Shown one piece after another: positions 1 to 13,620 of a stretch of 64,000 bases of DNA. This DNA is from Mizuhopecten yessoensis (taxonomy: Eukaryota). The DNA lies in NCBI RefSeq assembly GCF_002113885.1, contig NW_018408627.1:90422-154421 (forward strand), written 5' to 3'. The notes beneath the pieces are model-generated. The model worked only from the letters and a program-made list of their open reading frames with translations. It searched no databases and was not told the DNA's origin. How positions within the stretch are numbered: the first letter of the stretch is position 1; each line of letters begins with the position of its first letter. Position numbers and translations under genes: made by a program.

Positions 1-66
1 TATAGCCTTTACAACTACACATTATAAATGGTCGATTAACTTAACTATCACCAAGGTTTATTGAAG

Positions 67-2589
67 CATGTTATGATTGATTGTTGATGCTTGGCGTGGG
101 ACTTTTTTTATCGTGTATAACATGTTATGATTGATTGTTGATGCTTGGCGTGGGCATGGACTTTTTTTTATCGTGTATAACATGTTATGATTGATTGTTG
201 ATGCTTGGCGTGGGCATGGACTTTTTTATCGTGTATAACATGTTATGATTGATTGTTGATGCTTGGCGTGGGACTTTTTTTATCGTGTATAACATGTTAT
301 GATTGATTGTTGATGCTTGGCGTGGGACTTTTTTTATCGTGTATAACATGTTATGATTGATTGTTGATGCTTGGCGTGGGACTTTTTTTATCGTGTATAA
401 CATGTTATGATTGATTGTTGATGATTGGCGTGGGACTTTTTTTTATCGTGTATAACATGTTATGATTGATTGTTGATGCTTGGCGTGGGCATGGACTTTT
501 TTATCGTGTATAACATGTTATGATTGATTGTTGATGCTTGGCGTGGGGATTTTTTTATCGTGTATAACATGTTATGATTGATTGTTGATGCTTGGCGTGG
601 GACTTTTTTTATCGTGTATAACATGTTATGATTGATTGTTGATGCTTGGCGTGGGACTTTTTTTATCGTGTATAACATGTTATGATTGATTGTTGATGCT
701 TGGCGTGGGACTTTTTTTATCGTGTATAACATGTTATGATTGATTGTTGATGATTGGCGTGGGACTTTTTTTTATCGTGTATAACATGTTATGATTGATT
801 GTTGATGCTTGGCGTGGGCATGGACTTTTTTATCGTGTATAACATGTTATGATTGATTGTTGATGCTTGGCGTGGGACTTTTTTTATCGTGTATAACATG
901 TTATGATTGATTGTTGATGATTGGCGTGGGACTTTTTTTTATCGTGTATAACATGTTATGATTGATTGTTGATGCTTGGCGTGGGCATGGACTTTTTTAT
1001 CGTGTATATAATGTTATGATTGATTGTTGATGTTTGGCGAGGGATTTTTTTATCGTGTATAACATGTTATGATTGATTGTTGATGCTTGGCGTGGGACTT
1101 TTTTTATCGTGTATAACATGTTATGATTGATTGTTGATGCTTGGCGTGGGACTTTTTTTTATCGTGTATAACATGTTATGATTGATTGTTGATGATTGGC
1201 GTGGGACTTTTTTTATCGTGTATTACATGTTATGATTGATTATTGATGATTGGCGTGGGACTTTTTTATCGTGTATAACATGTTATGATTGATTGATGAT
1301 GATTGTCGTGGGACTTTTTTTTATCGTGTAAAACATGTTATGGTTGATTGTTGATGATTGGCGTGGGCATGGACTTTTTTTATCGAGTATAACATGTTAT
1401 GATTGATTGTTGATGCTTGGCGGGGGACATTTTTTTATCGTGTATAACATGTTATGATTGATTATTGATGCTTGGCGTGGGACATTTTTTTATCGTGTAT
1501 AACATGTTATGATTGATGGTTGATGATTGGCCTGGGACTTTTTTATCGTGTATAACATGTTATAATTGATGGTTGATGATTGGCGTGGGACTTTCTTTTA
1601 TCGTGTATAACATGTTATGATTGATTATTGATGCTTGGCGTGGGACATTTTTTTATCGTGTATAACATGTTATGATTGATTATTGATGCTTGGCGTGGGA
1701 CATTTTTTTATCGTGTATAACATGTTATGATTGATTATTGATGCTTGGCGTGGGACATTTTTTTATCGTGTATAACATGTTATGATTGATTATTGATGCT
1801 TGGCGTGGGACATTTTTTTATCGTGTATAACATGTTATGATTGATGGTTGATGATTGGCCTGGGACTTTTTTATCGTGTATAACATGTTATGATTGGTGG
1901 TTGATGCTTGGCGTGGGGCTTTTTTTTATCGTGTATAACATGTTATGATTGATTGTTGATGTTTGGCGTGGGACTGTTTTTATCGTGTATAACATGTTAT
2001 GATTGATGGTTGATGATTGGCGTGGGACTTTCTTTTATCGTGTATAACATGTTATGATTGATTATTGATGCTTGGCGTGGGACATTTTTTTATCGTGTAT
2101 AACATGTTATGATTGATGGTTGATGATTGGCCTGGGACTTTTTTATCGTGTATAACATGTTATAATTGATGGTTGATGATTGGCGTGGGACTTTCTTTTA
2201 TCGTGTCTAACATGTTATGATTGATTGTTGATGCTTGGCGTTGGACTTTTTTTATCGTGTATAACATGTTATGATTGATGGTTGATGATTGGCGTGGGAC
2301 TTTCTTTTATCGTGTATAACATGTTATGATTGATTATTGATGCTTGGCGTGGGACATTTTTTTATCGTGTATAACATGTTATGATTGATTGATGACGATT
2401 GTCGTGGGACTTTTTTTAATCGTGTAAAACATGTTATGGTTGATTGTTGATGATTGGCGTTGGCATGGACTTTTTTTATCGTGTATAACATGTTATGATT
2501 GATTGATGATGATTGTCGTGGGACTTTTTTTAATCGTGTAAAACATGTTATGGTTGATTGTTGATGATTGGCGTGGGACTTTTTTTATC
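67..2589. repeat. Minisatellite, ~54-bp unit (TTTTTTATCGTGTATAACATGTTATGATTGATTGTTGATGCTTGGCGTGGGAC), ~46 copies
   Basis: Direct tandem repetition with a variable poly-T run and an occasional GCATG insertion; copies diverge more toward the right end. Confidence 0.98.
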
Positions 2590-3060
2590 TTGTACTTTGT
2601 TATGTTGATGCGCGTTTGATTTCGTCAGAAACTAAACATCAAAATGCACCGACAGGGATTATACACCTGCTATCAGAATCACAAAGAAATGGCATGCTTG
2701 CAATTAACATCCTACTTATTGTCGGAGTAATATGTTTGGAAATCAGCACGTGATCAATTAGCTATCACTAACTGGACGTCAGCACAGCAGGCAGTGGGAC
2801 GTGCCGAGCTGGTACTTGTCCCCTCCCTGATATCGATTTCTCTATGATGATACCCCATATTTATCCACACGTTTTACAACCAGCGTGTTTATTGTCGATT
2901 GCGGTTTGGTGCTTATTTGTAGTTTCTTGTATTGTAGTTGGTGTTTTGGTTTGTATTGCGTCATGCATGTGTTGTTGGTGAGTTGGTTGGTACTTACTGT
3001 TGAGTGTGGTGATGTTGATGTTTGGAGTCTGGTTTGTTTGGGTTTTGTCGTCGATTAGTT
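2590..3060 (+). mobile_element. Decayed 3' end of a Penelope-like (Naiad-type) retroelement
   Basis: Reads RQKLNIKMHRQGLY near 2623, resembling the LTxKLLxQGY motif of the PLE C-terminus, followed by a GT-rich 3' region. Judged by eye. Confidence 0.4.
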
Positions 3061-3175
3061 AAAGAGGTCCTTGTCTTTGACATTCCCGTCAGTGTCGCGT
3101 TCCTCGTTAAGCAGACAGAGATAACTACATCAATGGTTTAAATGATGCCGGCGAGATTATGTATTTCAAACAACT

Positions 3176-3379
3176 TCGGCAGTATATTTCAGTGAGGCAG
3201 CACTATAAAGTCGGCATCAGTTCCACGCTATCACAAGGAGACAGACACGAACATATCGCAGTCTCCCAAAACGCACACGCAACCACTCCACGCATGCATC
3301 TTGCGCACGGGGGAGGCCGTCCTGAAATGACCAAAGCTGTTGATAGGACGTTAAACAATAATAAACCAAACCAAACCAA
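3176..3379 (+). mobile_element. 5'-truncated mollusc-type SINE with (AAACC)n tail
   Basis: Central CAGTGAGGCAGCACTATAAAG block and 3' end CGTCCTGAAATGACCAAAGCTGTTGATAGGACGTTAAAC followed by AAACC repeats; resembles bivalve SINE ends; no tRNA head visible. Confidence 0.7.
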
Positions 3380-3381
3380 CC

Positions 3382-3581
3382 CAGTTGTTCAAAAGGTGAT
3401 TAGCTTAATCAGTGATTAGCGAATATTTTAGTTTTTGTATATTTTTAAAACCCAACCATTGAATTAGTTATAACTTTCCAGATATCAAATGTTTAGAGTT
3501 TACCTTGTTTATTGACAAAATTATGAAATGTTCGAAAATGTCGTTAAATAGTGATTAAGCTAAACACATTTTGAAAAACTG
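3382..3581. mobile_element. MITE, probably PIF/Harbinger-type
   Basis: ~30-bp terminal inverted repeats: CAGTTGTTCAAAAGGTGATTAGCTTAATCA versus the reverse complement of TGATTAAGCTAAACACATTTTGAAAAACTG; AT-rich non-coding interior. Confidence 0.75.
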
Positions 3582-3594
3582 AAAGCTGTTTATA

Positions 3595-4090
3595 AATAAG
3601 ATCTTTCAGCCTGTTCCATTTTGGCACAGCAGCAAACCTCAATAGGACAATAGGACATACCTAACTTGTTTAGAACATTTTACCAAAGCCTGTTATATTT
3701 TGCAGTATTATAATCTATACATCTTCACTACTTACATGTTCTGTTTATTACACATGCTATGCATGACAAATAGAAATATAAATTATGATACGCTCTGTGA
3801 TTGAACTAAAAAGGAATCCAGCCGACACGCCACATATAATGTCCATCTCACGTTTAACGTTTGCAATAAATAAAACGTTTCTCATCATTGCGCTTCTAAC
3901 GTTTTTTTATATAGCAGCATTCCCTGATTAGTGTAATTGTTACAAATGAACTCTAACAAAGCTTGTAAAATGGCTTCGATATGATTTTATTGACAGCAAT
4001 GGTGGAACGCTATATTTGCCAACATATTTTATCCATGTACTGCCGCGGTAGGGGTCTGTCTAGGAAATATGTTCACTATTACAGTAATAT
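3595..4090 (+). mobile_element. Highly decayed Naiad-type PLE RT relic without an array
   Basis: Collinear fragments: IFQ, NLF, FLYSSIP (about 3904-3924, cf. FLxSNIP), KAC, YDFIDS (cf. YxDFIDR). Confidence 0.4.
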
Positions 4091-5296
4091 TGTAAACTCG
4101 GGGACTACAGGCACCGGTGTAATATGTAAATATTCTAATTCTCCTCTCGCTTCAAACACAAACTAAATTTTCATTTCCAGACGGAACATACTAGTTCTGA
4201 TTGGACGAGAACACGATACATTTCACAGAGGGAGAGATCAAAATGATTTAGTTCTGTTTAAGAGAGATATATTATACTGTATTAGAAGCTTACTTTTACT
4301 GTTAAAAAGAAGTGAACTATGACACTAGTACAGTTTCTTAGTATGTTATTTCTAGGCCTAGGGTAAATCAATGTTCGCACTTACAGATGAAACAATTCAT
4401 GGGTATCAAATTAGAATCTTGATATCGAAGAGTTCATTGAGTACATCTGATCAGTTGTGTCCTCCCGTACTTTTGTCTTTTATGTCAATGTGACAATTGA
4501 TTTTAGATTAAACACTGCGCCTCCTGTAACGCTACAGATAATCCGCCAATAATCTCCTATCTAGTAGATCAAGCCTGTGCAGCTTGTCGGAGCTGGTGTG
4601 TGGACGGGTACGGAACATATACTGCAGCTTCTGTAACGACTCAATAACAGAAACCATTCGTTATTTAGTTAGAGCATGCTGTACTCCTGGATGTCGCGTT
4701 AGGTATCTGTGTTAATCACCTAGGCAGGCTAAGGTTATAGTTAATAGGAGAGTTAATCGAGGAAGATGTTTGTTATTCACTATGAATGTTAGTCGTTGAT
4801 ACGTTCAAGGATGACAGAATGCTTAAAATGAACATAGGGATGAAAATGGACTTGAACTTCCGCTGTTGTGCGTTCAAACTTTGCCCCGCTGTGATAACGG
4901 TACAACCTGCCCAAAGACCATGATGTCACAGAAACAGCATGCTGAATTTTGAAAAAATATTTGGCTTGTTATGGTGACAGGCTGGTCTTCTCTCGACAAA
5001 ACAAATTGCACGCTATACAAACAAGCCTCCTGCAAATATCACGATTATTCAAGAAGTTGTAGTAAAATGTATTCAAAGCGAAATTCATTCGTCAGTTTAA
5101 GCAAACATTTGAATAGTATACTGATAGTGGAATTATGTTATCGCCATTTTTACATTAGTCCCTCTGACCCATGGATATATAACAATATAGCCGACATTAT
5201 AGTTTATAAATAGATATGAAGGGAAATTTTCAGGAAACCGCTGTGTTTTCCAAATTAACAAATCATGGCGTAACAAATTCTGTATTACCACCCTCA

Positions 5297-5481
5297 GACT
5301 TTCACTCGCTACTGTTAACATTTATAAGGCTCGTCAGGACCCACTTTTACTCGCTACTGTTAACATTTATAAGGCTCGTCAGGACCCACTTTCACTCGCT
5401 ACTGTTAACATTTATAAGGCTCGGCAGGACCCGCTTTCACTCGCTATTGTTCACGAACATTTATAAGGCTCGGCAGGACCC
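5297..5481 (+). repeat. Minisatellite, 45-bp unit, ~4 copies
   Basis: CACTTTCACTCGCTACTGTTAACATTTATAAGGCTCGTCAGGACC repeated in tandem. Confidence 0.95.
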
Positions 5482-6498
5482 GAAATTTAAATGAATCGGG
5501 TAAACGTTTTCAACTATAATATATTTCAATTAATATATAATGAAAAAAATGTCTTTTGATGACTAATAACTTTTAGAATACCAATGTCGGATGATAAAAT
5601 AGTAATTGCAACTATCAGAAATAAATCAATACACCTACTATTTTATTTGTTAAAAAAATACGTGAACACTACTCCTTATACATGAGTGAATCTGAGTAAG
5701 TAATGTATAAATATATGATACAGTTCACAACATTATTTCTTATGAATATAGTACAAATAATTATAGATGATCACACTGTGTTTTCAGGGATTGTCCTGAG
5801 ATGCGGTGGCCTCTTGATTTTCTCCACGTGCGAGCAATGAGGAAATTGTTCGGACGACAAACACTAAAAATACTGTATGATTAGCTGTTTAATATCTGGA
5901 TACTTCTACCTTATACTTTTCTCCATTGAAAAAAGTCAACTAAACATCATGTTTTCCAAATTACTTTTAAGTTCAAAGGTCAACGATCGCAATTCCTGGG
6001 TCTGTGACAAACGTAAACAAATAGATGATTTGCGCGGAGGAATACAATGAACCTTAAAACTATGTTAAAAAATATTTTTAAATCAATCCTATTGTCATTG
6101 GATTTCCATATGCACTTTTACGATTGAAATGGGGTAATTATCCTCACAACATTTGTTTGGAATTTTTTATTGATTTGTTTATGACGGACTATATTCTTAC
6201 GCTGATCACGTTTGTGGGGCTATCACTTCCAGTTTAATACGTCCCCTGGCGCAAGCAGACGTTCCTTTTTGAAAAGAATAAGTTCCCAAATGCAGAAAAA
6301 TGTGAAAATCCGTTCTCAAGTCGTTTTCAACTTCTTCTGTGGTATTCTCATACTGACAATCCAAGATAATGAATTTATCATGCTACTGGTAGGTAGTATA
6401 AAGTAGATGATAAAACATATATCGTTGACTCTGCTATCTCTCCTTCTCCTTATTATTCCTACTCTGGAGCGGATCTTTCTACATTGATAATATTATAT

Positions 6499-6860
6499 GA
6501 TGATTTTGTGCTCGAGGACAGTCAGGAATATAAATATTTTATTCGAGAATAGTCAAGCACACTATTCCTGTGCTCAAAAACGATCAAGGTTATGCTTCTG
6601 TGGTAAAATACGATCAAGGTCGTGCTTCTTGTGCTCGATAACAGTCAACGTTATGTTTCATTGACTCGAGAATAGCCAGTCAGGGTTGTGATGCCTGTTT
6701 TATAGAACTGTCAAGGCCCTGATTCGTGTGCTCTAGAACAGTCAAGGTCATGGTCGTTGTGCTTGAAAACAGCCAAGATTGGGATTCTTGCGCTCTAGAA
6801 CAGTCAAGCCATGTTTCTCGAGCTCGGGAGCAAACAAGGTCAAGATTGTCGTGCTCGATA
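6499..6860 (+). repeat. Degenerate minisatellite, ~30-bp unit, ~11 copies
   Basis: Recurrent GTGCTCGAGAACAGTCAAGGTCATGATT-like unit. Confidence 0.85.
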
Positions 6861-8736
6861 CACCCCTTTTATTTAGTTATTTAATATAAACCATTCTGTA
6901 TCCATAGTAGGAGTTCCAAGCTATACTGTGCGATACCGTAAGATGCCATTAGATGTCTTCAGTGACCTCAATCCCCACAAATTCACCATTGAATACTATC
7001 ATATTTATAGTAACTTTAGCTTTACACTGTTTATCTTTCTCTCCTTGTTTTTTCTATTTTGTGTAGAGGGAGGTTAGTTTAACTATTGCACCATGGGTTT
7101 ATATGTAGGACATTCCCGGTGCCGAGGAGATGAGACACTGGCGAGAACGACACCTACGTACCAGTCATGTTACCTCGCCTATGTATGTCTTCCCGAAACC
7201 CTTTGACTATTTCAGGCTTACAATTCTTCTTCTTTTTTGTTGTTGCGATTTTGTCAATGTTGGCTTCCATAATTCTTCACTAATCTGATCATGCGAAACC
7301 CCCAGGCATCAATTTGTCGGCGAATTAAAATGCTAGCTTCTCGTTACGCATCGGCGTTGTGATGCCGACCCGGTACTGGCGAGATTTATACCAGATTTAA
7401 TACCAATGGAAAAATGCGGAAAAATTAATTTGATTTAAAGTTTTAGTCTTAATTCCCATGTGAAATAGAAGAAAGACATTTTTTACAAGATTTTCCCGGA
7501 TACAATGTCAAACTCTAACTTCTTAAAGGAAGATCTCCTCATGATTACGTAAGCAGTTGTAAAAATGGGGCACAAACAATCAATCGTTCCCGCCTTAATC
7601 AAAGGTTGGACAGTTGGTTCTGAAATGTTTTCCACATGTGTGAGGAACAATCGATGTTTGGAAGCAGGTGTGCCGATACCAAAGCTAGATAAGGTGGGAC
7701 TTTAATCGAGTAAGATAAATCGTCTGCAATTCATTTGCAATTATTCTGATAAAATTTGGTATCTCGCGAGGGAGGAGGATTCGTTTTTGAGACGGAATAT
7801 CGTATTTGGGTTGTCATGGTAACATGGTAGTCTCATGGGCCACTTCCGGTGAATCGGTTTCTCGCTGGGTATGATTAGCATTCGTATTTACCTAATATAA
7901 TTAATTTAAGACGTATACATGTATCGTAGCTGACAAACGTCATATCTGCCCCGTCAGCAAATAAATCGCCAACAGCAACGGATCTTTTATGTACAGGCAG
8001 TCAATGGGGTTTTATTATACAAATAGGCTTTTATTTATTTCATGATCAAACATCCCATTCAATTAATGATGTCTCATATAATTAAATGTCTTGCAATTCC
8101 TTGTAATTACACCTCAATCCTTTGGGCCACCTAGCAGTCAAAATTAATTTAGTTTCTATTTAAATTAACGACAACTCAACGGTTACAAACTTTTGTTCAA
8201 ATAACGGCAATAAAAAAATAAACAGTGTAGTCTTATGATCAGTAACGACAATATAAAAGCATAAACAATTCAGTGTTATCTGAAGTTAACTACAAAATAC
8301 CGGCACCGCTAGTGTCAGTCACACATAAAGTAGTCCCATAGCTGACGAGCGAACAGTGACTAACAATTCACTGTGATGAGCTCGTGGAACACAAAGAGCT
8401 GGAGATCGGCAGAAGAAAAATCATGATGGTTATGCCTGGAGGCAAGCGCCTGACATTAGATCCTAACTAAGGTCAAGGGAATATTCACATACTGCCAAGA
8501 GTTTTCGGCCAAAAACCCTCTGTGCAAACAAAATACACTACATACTACATGTACAATGTATGAAGAATTAGAAACCAGAGAGATATAATCGAATCTTTCG
8601 TGCTTATCACGGCTCTATCAAAAGGATAGAAGAGTAATTTAGTTAATACCACGTGTACTTGTCTCTCTCCTCCTTTGTTGTGTGTATGATTGGTCGCCAT
8701 GTTGTTACGAAATCACACACAACTTGAATCATGTGT

Positions 8737-8795
8737 GGGGTTGTGGGTGGGGTTGTGGCTTGGGTTGTGGGTGGGGTTGTGGCTTGGGTTGTCGT
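8737..8795. repeat. Short G-rich 12/24-bp tandem repeat (GGGTTGTGGGTG/GGGTTGTGGCTT)
   Basis: Direct inspection. Confidence 0.85.
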
Positions 8796-9639
8796 TGGAG
8801 ATTGGAGGTTATCATATACATAGGGAGACGTCAATGTACGAAAAGAACCAAAAACAATTTCAGATATACTAGGAACCTAACTCAGATATAATGTATCTTT
8901 ATATGTAAACGTCACATCTGGATTATCAAGCCGTTAAATATAAAATACTGTACAAGAATCAGGAAATTCACTTGAAACAACAAAATTCAGCAGACAAACA
9001 TGAAATATATATTTTGTGTATAATTTAGTCATTGAAAATGGAATGGTACATTCTATCCAGATTTTATAATGTAAAAAATATTTTGTTGTACGTTTATAAC
9101 ACCGTTGATCTTTATTTACAATTTGTAAGATTTGTAAAATTCGTTTGGAGTGTTTTATTATAATGAAAACATCAATGGAATGATAATGAGTGTATATGTA
9201 GTTGTTTTGTAAATAGGAAGTGGCCTGGTGCGCGGCCTATTTAGGAACATACAGATTTAAAACACAAAATGTTTGATTGTTTTACACAAATTGAAACGAC
9301 AAGGGTACATACAGGCGCAAAATACTCAATGGTTGAGTTTAGGAAGCACATGGCACAAGAATGATCAAAGCAGATGTTTTTGAAGGTGAACAGTATTTAC
9401 GTCTTATCCTAGACTGGTACAATGTACATCATACAGCTTTCATAATGTACGTCATACATATTTTACATGGGACAGTATGACACGATACATGAAACAATTT
9501 CGACTGTTTCCTGAACATTTACAAAGATCGAATGCCACACCAACCGGGCATTAGTATACAGCTGTTCGGTGTCCTACCACTAGTTATAATTATTTCCCCT
9601 CGATGCTGGGACCAACCCCACAGACTATGACATTAGGAA

Positions 9640-9735
9640 AAATCATTGGTTTATTCAAACTATGACACTGATGTCGTCGTTTGGGCAGTCTATTTCACTG
9701 AAAATATGTGTAAAAACCTTTTGGTTGACTATTTT
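9640..9735 (+). mobile_element. Possible decayed XPG/PIN-like nuclease fragment of an Academ-type DNA transposon
   Basis: Translates LVYSNYDTDVVVWAVYF, resembling the VxxxSxDTDVxVLxxxF motif; only one motif seen. Confidence 0.25.
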
Positions 9736-10254
9736 GCGCTGTTAGAATTAGAATTTGCTAGGGAAAACTCAAAACTGCTGACCAGTATATCCGATTGGAT
9801 GTGTTGTGCTTCTGTCGGGCAAACAGGGTTCGCCAGGTAAGTGTCAAATCCAGCGCTTTTATTTTTTACCACCATAAGACGCCAAACATTCTGTTATTCA
9901 ACTCGTCCTGGGGCTATGCTTTCTGAAATAATTACTCGTGGTGTGCGGAATTGTAACATAAACCCATTGATCTACTTATCACCATCAAAAGCAGATTTAA
10001 AATCAATAAAATTACGTAACATAAGAAAGTGTTATGACTCAGCGATAACATAGAACGATAATTGTCTATCGCTTGTAGCTGATTAATTAGCTTTGTAGAA
10101 AATCGAATAGCTGAGCAGAGCAAGTGTAACGACATTGCGGGAAGTATACTTAAAAATAAAAATAAAACTGCATAATAAAAACACAAAACTACTGTTTAAT
10201 GTATTTCCGTTACATTATGTCGGACATCAGCCTTGATATTACGATTGTATAATG

Positions 10255-10795
10255 CTGTTCACGTCACAAACGTACGTGTCGATTACCTACATTTCATTAC
10301 ACGTGCAGAAACACCGCCAGCAATATTTTATGTAACTGTCATAGACCTACACGTCAATAAAGTTCATGTCAGTAACCTACATTTCATTTCACGCGCAGCT
10401 ACACTGCCAGCTGTTTCTTATGCAACTGTCATAGATTTACCACGTCAATGACGTCATGTCAGTAACCTACATTTCATATCACGTGTAGTTACACTGCCAG
10501 CTGTGTCTTATGCAACTGTCATAGACTTACCACGTGAGTGACGTCATGTCAGTAATCTAAATTTCATTTCACGCGCAGTTACATTGTACACTGCCTGCTG
10601 TATCTTATGCAATTGCAATAGATTTACCACGTCAATGACGACATGTCAGTAACATACATTTCATTTAACGCGCAGGTACATTGTACACTGCCAGCTGTAT
10701 CTTATGCAACTGGCATAGACTTACCACGTCAATGACGTCATGTAAATTAGCTACATTTCATTACACTGATAGCAGTAACCTATGTTACTGTTATA
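10255..10795 (+). repeat. Minisatellite, ~87-92-bp unit, ~6 copies
   Basis: GTCAGTAACCTACATTTCATTTCACGCGCAG...CTTATGCAACTGTCATAGATTTACCACGTCAATGACGTCAT repeated. Confidence 0.92.
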
Positions 10796-11045
10796 ACGTC
10801 ACAGATATATTCGTATTGTGTTAGTTAAGTTTCTTGTATTACAGCACCCGCACCCACTAGTGCAAACGGATTACACTATCTGGTTGAGTTACAATGCTGA
10901 TTGTTACAGCACAATCACTCCAAAACTCAATATTCATGTAAAATGTTAGAAAGTGTATTTTTTGTGATTTTCTAGGTTATGAAAGACGATTGAGTTTGGT
11001 TGTATCATAAATTACAAAAGTCTTAAATGTCTAGAAAGGAAAGTT

Positions 11046-11245
11046 TTTCGCAGTCATAGCACAACTTTTTCCGTATTCGGGAGGTTAACGTCACATTCTG
11101 GCGAACACCCTACAATCCTGTTGGCTGGTATTTTTGTAAATCTGTATTTAGATTTCCCGACCTATCATTTCAAGCCAGCGAGATGTGAGGTGTTCGCTGG
11201 AGCATGACGATAGTCTCATGATATGGAAAAAGTGGCTCAGCGAAA
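11046..11245 (+). other. Imperfect long inverted repeat (hairpin or old MITE)
   Basis: Arm 11066-11126 pairs with arm 11174-11231 (for example CTGGCGAACACC with GGTGTTCGCTGG); loop about 50 nt. Confidence 0.75.
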
Positions 11246-12249
11246 TGGCGTGTCATGTTTGCGGATGGAGAATACGTTTTATGTACATAAAGGAGGTTTC
11301 TAAAAGAAAGAATAGCTACTTTCTAACGGCACTAAATATTCAGGTACATCAACTAGAAATGTGATGTAATAAAGTTACGACATCGAGAGCTTTTCATCCT
11401 GTTCGTATATATAGTCATTGGGGTGGCATTTTTAGGTCCAAATATAACTGTAACAAATAATCAGGTCCCTGTGGTTTGTACCAGTCATAACTGTCATTTG
11501 TTGTTATCTGGGACAACGTAGGTTGCTTGTATAATACTTTGCTATGCACAGACCTGAGTCCACTGAGGTTGTTTGTAGATAATCATACATAATTTAGCTT
11601 TGCATGTTTAAACAACAACCATAAATGACAAAAAGAAACAATGTTGAAGTGATTAGTAACCCCTATCAGCGCGCGAAATGCAGCAGCAGCAGCAGCGGCA
11701 GCATCAGCAGCCGCAAAGAGAAAACAAATTACAATCAATATTCAGAACATATTATGCTTCCTTTTACTAATCGGCAAGAACATCCCAGTTGAAAAAGGGT
11801 GTGACCCGATAGTATTGATGCTTTGTAAATAAAAAACAAGCATGTCAAGCAAAGATAAGTCGTGCGCCTCCTTCATAGAAAGATGCCATGTTAAACCATC
11901 AACTTATCATATCTTCACCTAAGTATTATTAAAGTGAATGGAAAAGATTAATGAGATCTCGTCCTGTCAAACAACACCTATCTGATAGGAGGAATCAGGC
12001 CCCTACAAACTCTTACACATTGAACCAGACAAGTATCGCCAGAAGATGTTATTGACGTGGACAAGGAAACGATGGAACATACCATTAATATGCCTTTCTT
12101 GTTTCTAACCTATCTCTCCCAGACATATATACAACTTCAAACCAGCAAGCGAGACCACAAAACCAAACCCCCCTTCCTNCCAGCCAATATACCTATTCAT
12201 TCCAGCACAATGCTCAAAACTATTAAATATTGCAACTGCCACCAACATT

Positions 12250-13620
12250 GTGTGCTCTGATAGGTATACCAAAACATCATCTTAGAAAATTGTCATTCCC
12301 TCCCGGCAAAAGATTTGCAATAAACAAAGAAGAACCAAGAATAAGAGGCGAAACTACACACCAACTCCACATTAGTAGAATATATCAAAAGGCATGATAA
12401 TACGTTATTCTGTCCGAAACCGCATTAAGTGAAGGAGAGTTGATACGATATTCATATCGTTGTGAAGTGTCCATCTCAGAGGTCATTGGAATCTTCCCAG
12501 AATTTGAAAGAAAATCAATCAAATTTAAAACCCCTGACGTAACTTATAATGGATTTTCTTCCATTAGCTTATAGTTATGGTTTCAATAACACGGGCGTTT
12601 TAATTTCATTATAGCCTCATACAATCCTGGAGAAGTGTGATAACACCCACACCTTACTTGCTGGTTTATGACTGTATGATGGTGATCTATTAAATACTAC
12701 CGTCAAGGAGTTTGTTAGGAAATACAACCCCACAACACAATAAAAGGGAGATTCGACCTTTAAACATCAAACTGTATAATCTACAGTGGAATTTGAATAT
12801 ATTATCAAAAACTACAACAATAGTAACCCATTTTGTTTTGAGGTTTCCTGACCACAAAGGTTTACAAACATCTACTCAATAACTTAACACGAACTAGTCT
12901 GGAGTAGACGTAATTGTCATAGTGCAAACATTTCATAGAAATGCAGCTCTTACCATGTACCCAGCTCTATAGAAGCTACACTACCATAGCTCTGATTGAA
13001 CATTCGATTCAAACCACACGAATGCGCTTGTATTCCAAATAAAAGACTGGTCACATGGTGGAAAAGGAAAACGCACAAGCTACTCCAACACAGCTGTAAG
13101 GCGGATATAGAAACGTGACGGCTTCACGGCAATCCTGACATCCGTAAACATAAGACCTTAATAAGATAAAACAACACGTCAGAAGCCTAGCTTAGAATAC
13201 AAAAGATGTACTACCAAAAGGACGGAAAAGGTCATGCATTCGAAAACTGGGTAATGTGTCATGGTTAACAACAGGAATTAGCTAAACGTTTGGCGAAAAA
13301 GTACATCCCGAGGATAATCCATACATGAACACTACGTCTCACAAAGAGACAATCACCATTCACAAAAGGTATGTCAATCACCATTAACACAACCGATGTA
13401 GAAACACGGAGTTATACTAAACTTAAAAGGAGAACAGTTTAAAGATGGTGTCACTAAACAAAAACGTTAAACCTCTGATCTCTATGGCCTTACTGCCAAA
13501 ACATCAAACTACCTGTGACATCTTATTGGCCACTGATCCCCAACTATATCATGGCTATCTTAAAACTTAGCATAATCAAATCTTCATATGCACCCTAATA
13601 AAGCCCTGGTTACTAAGTAA
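12250..13620 (+). mobile_element. Decayed non-LTR retrotransposon ORF2 (APE endonuclease to RT start; RTE-X-like)
   Basis: Collinear frameshifted motifs: EYIKRHD..ILSET (APE N-terminus), TWWKR (PWW motif), LHGNP, TSDLYGLTAK (cf. KAxDxxGLTAEH); A-rich sense strand. Confidence 0.5.

Noticed and set aside
8335-8385. Hammerhead ribozyme (CTGACGAG..GAAC)
   Set aside because: Lacks the GAAA core and convincing stems.
8643-8875. Mucin-like PTTQATTP exon on the minus strand
   Set aside because: Produced by a short 12/24-bp repeat; weak acceptor and no partner exons identified.
11680-11715. (CAG)n as a polyQ or polyA coding tract
   Set aside because: No surrounding ORF or splice sites; a simple microsatellite.
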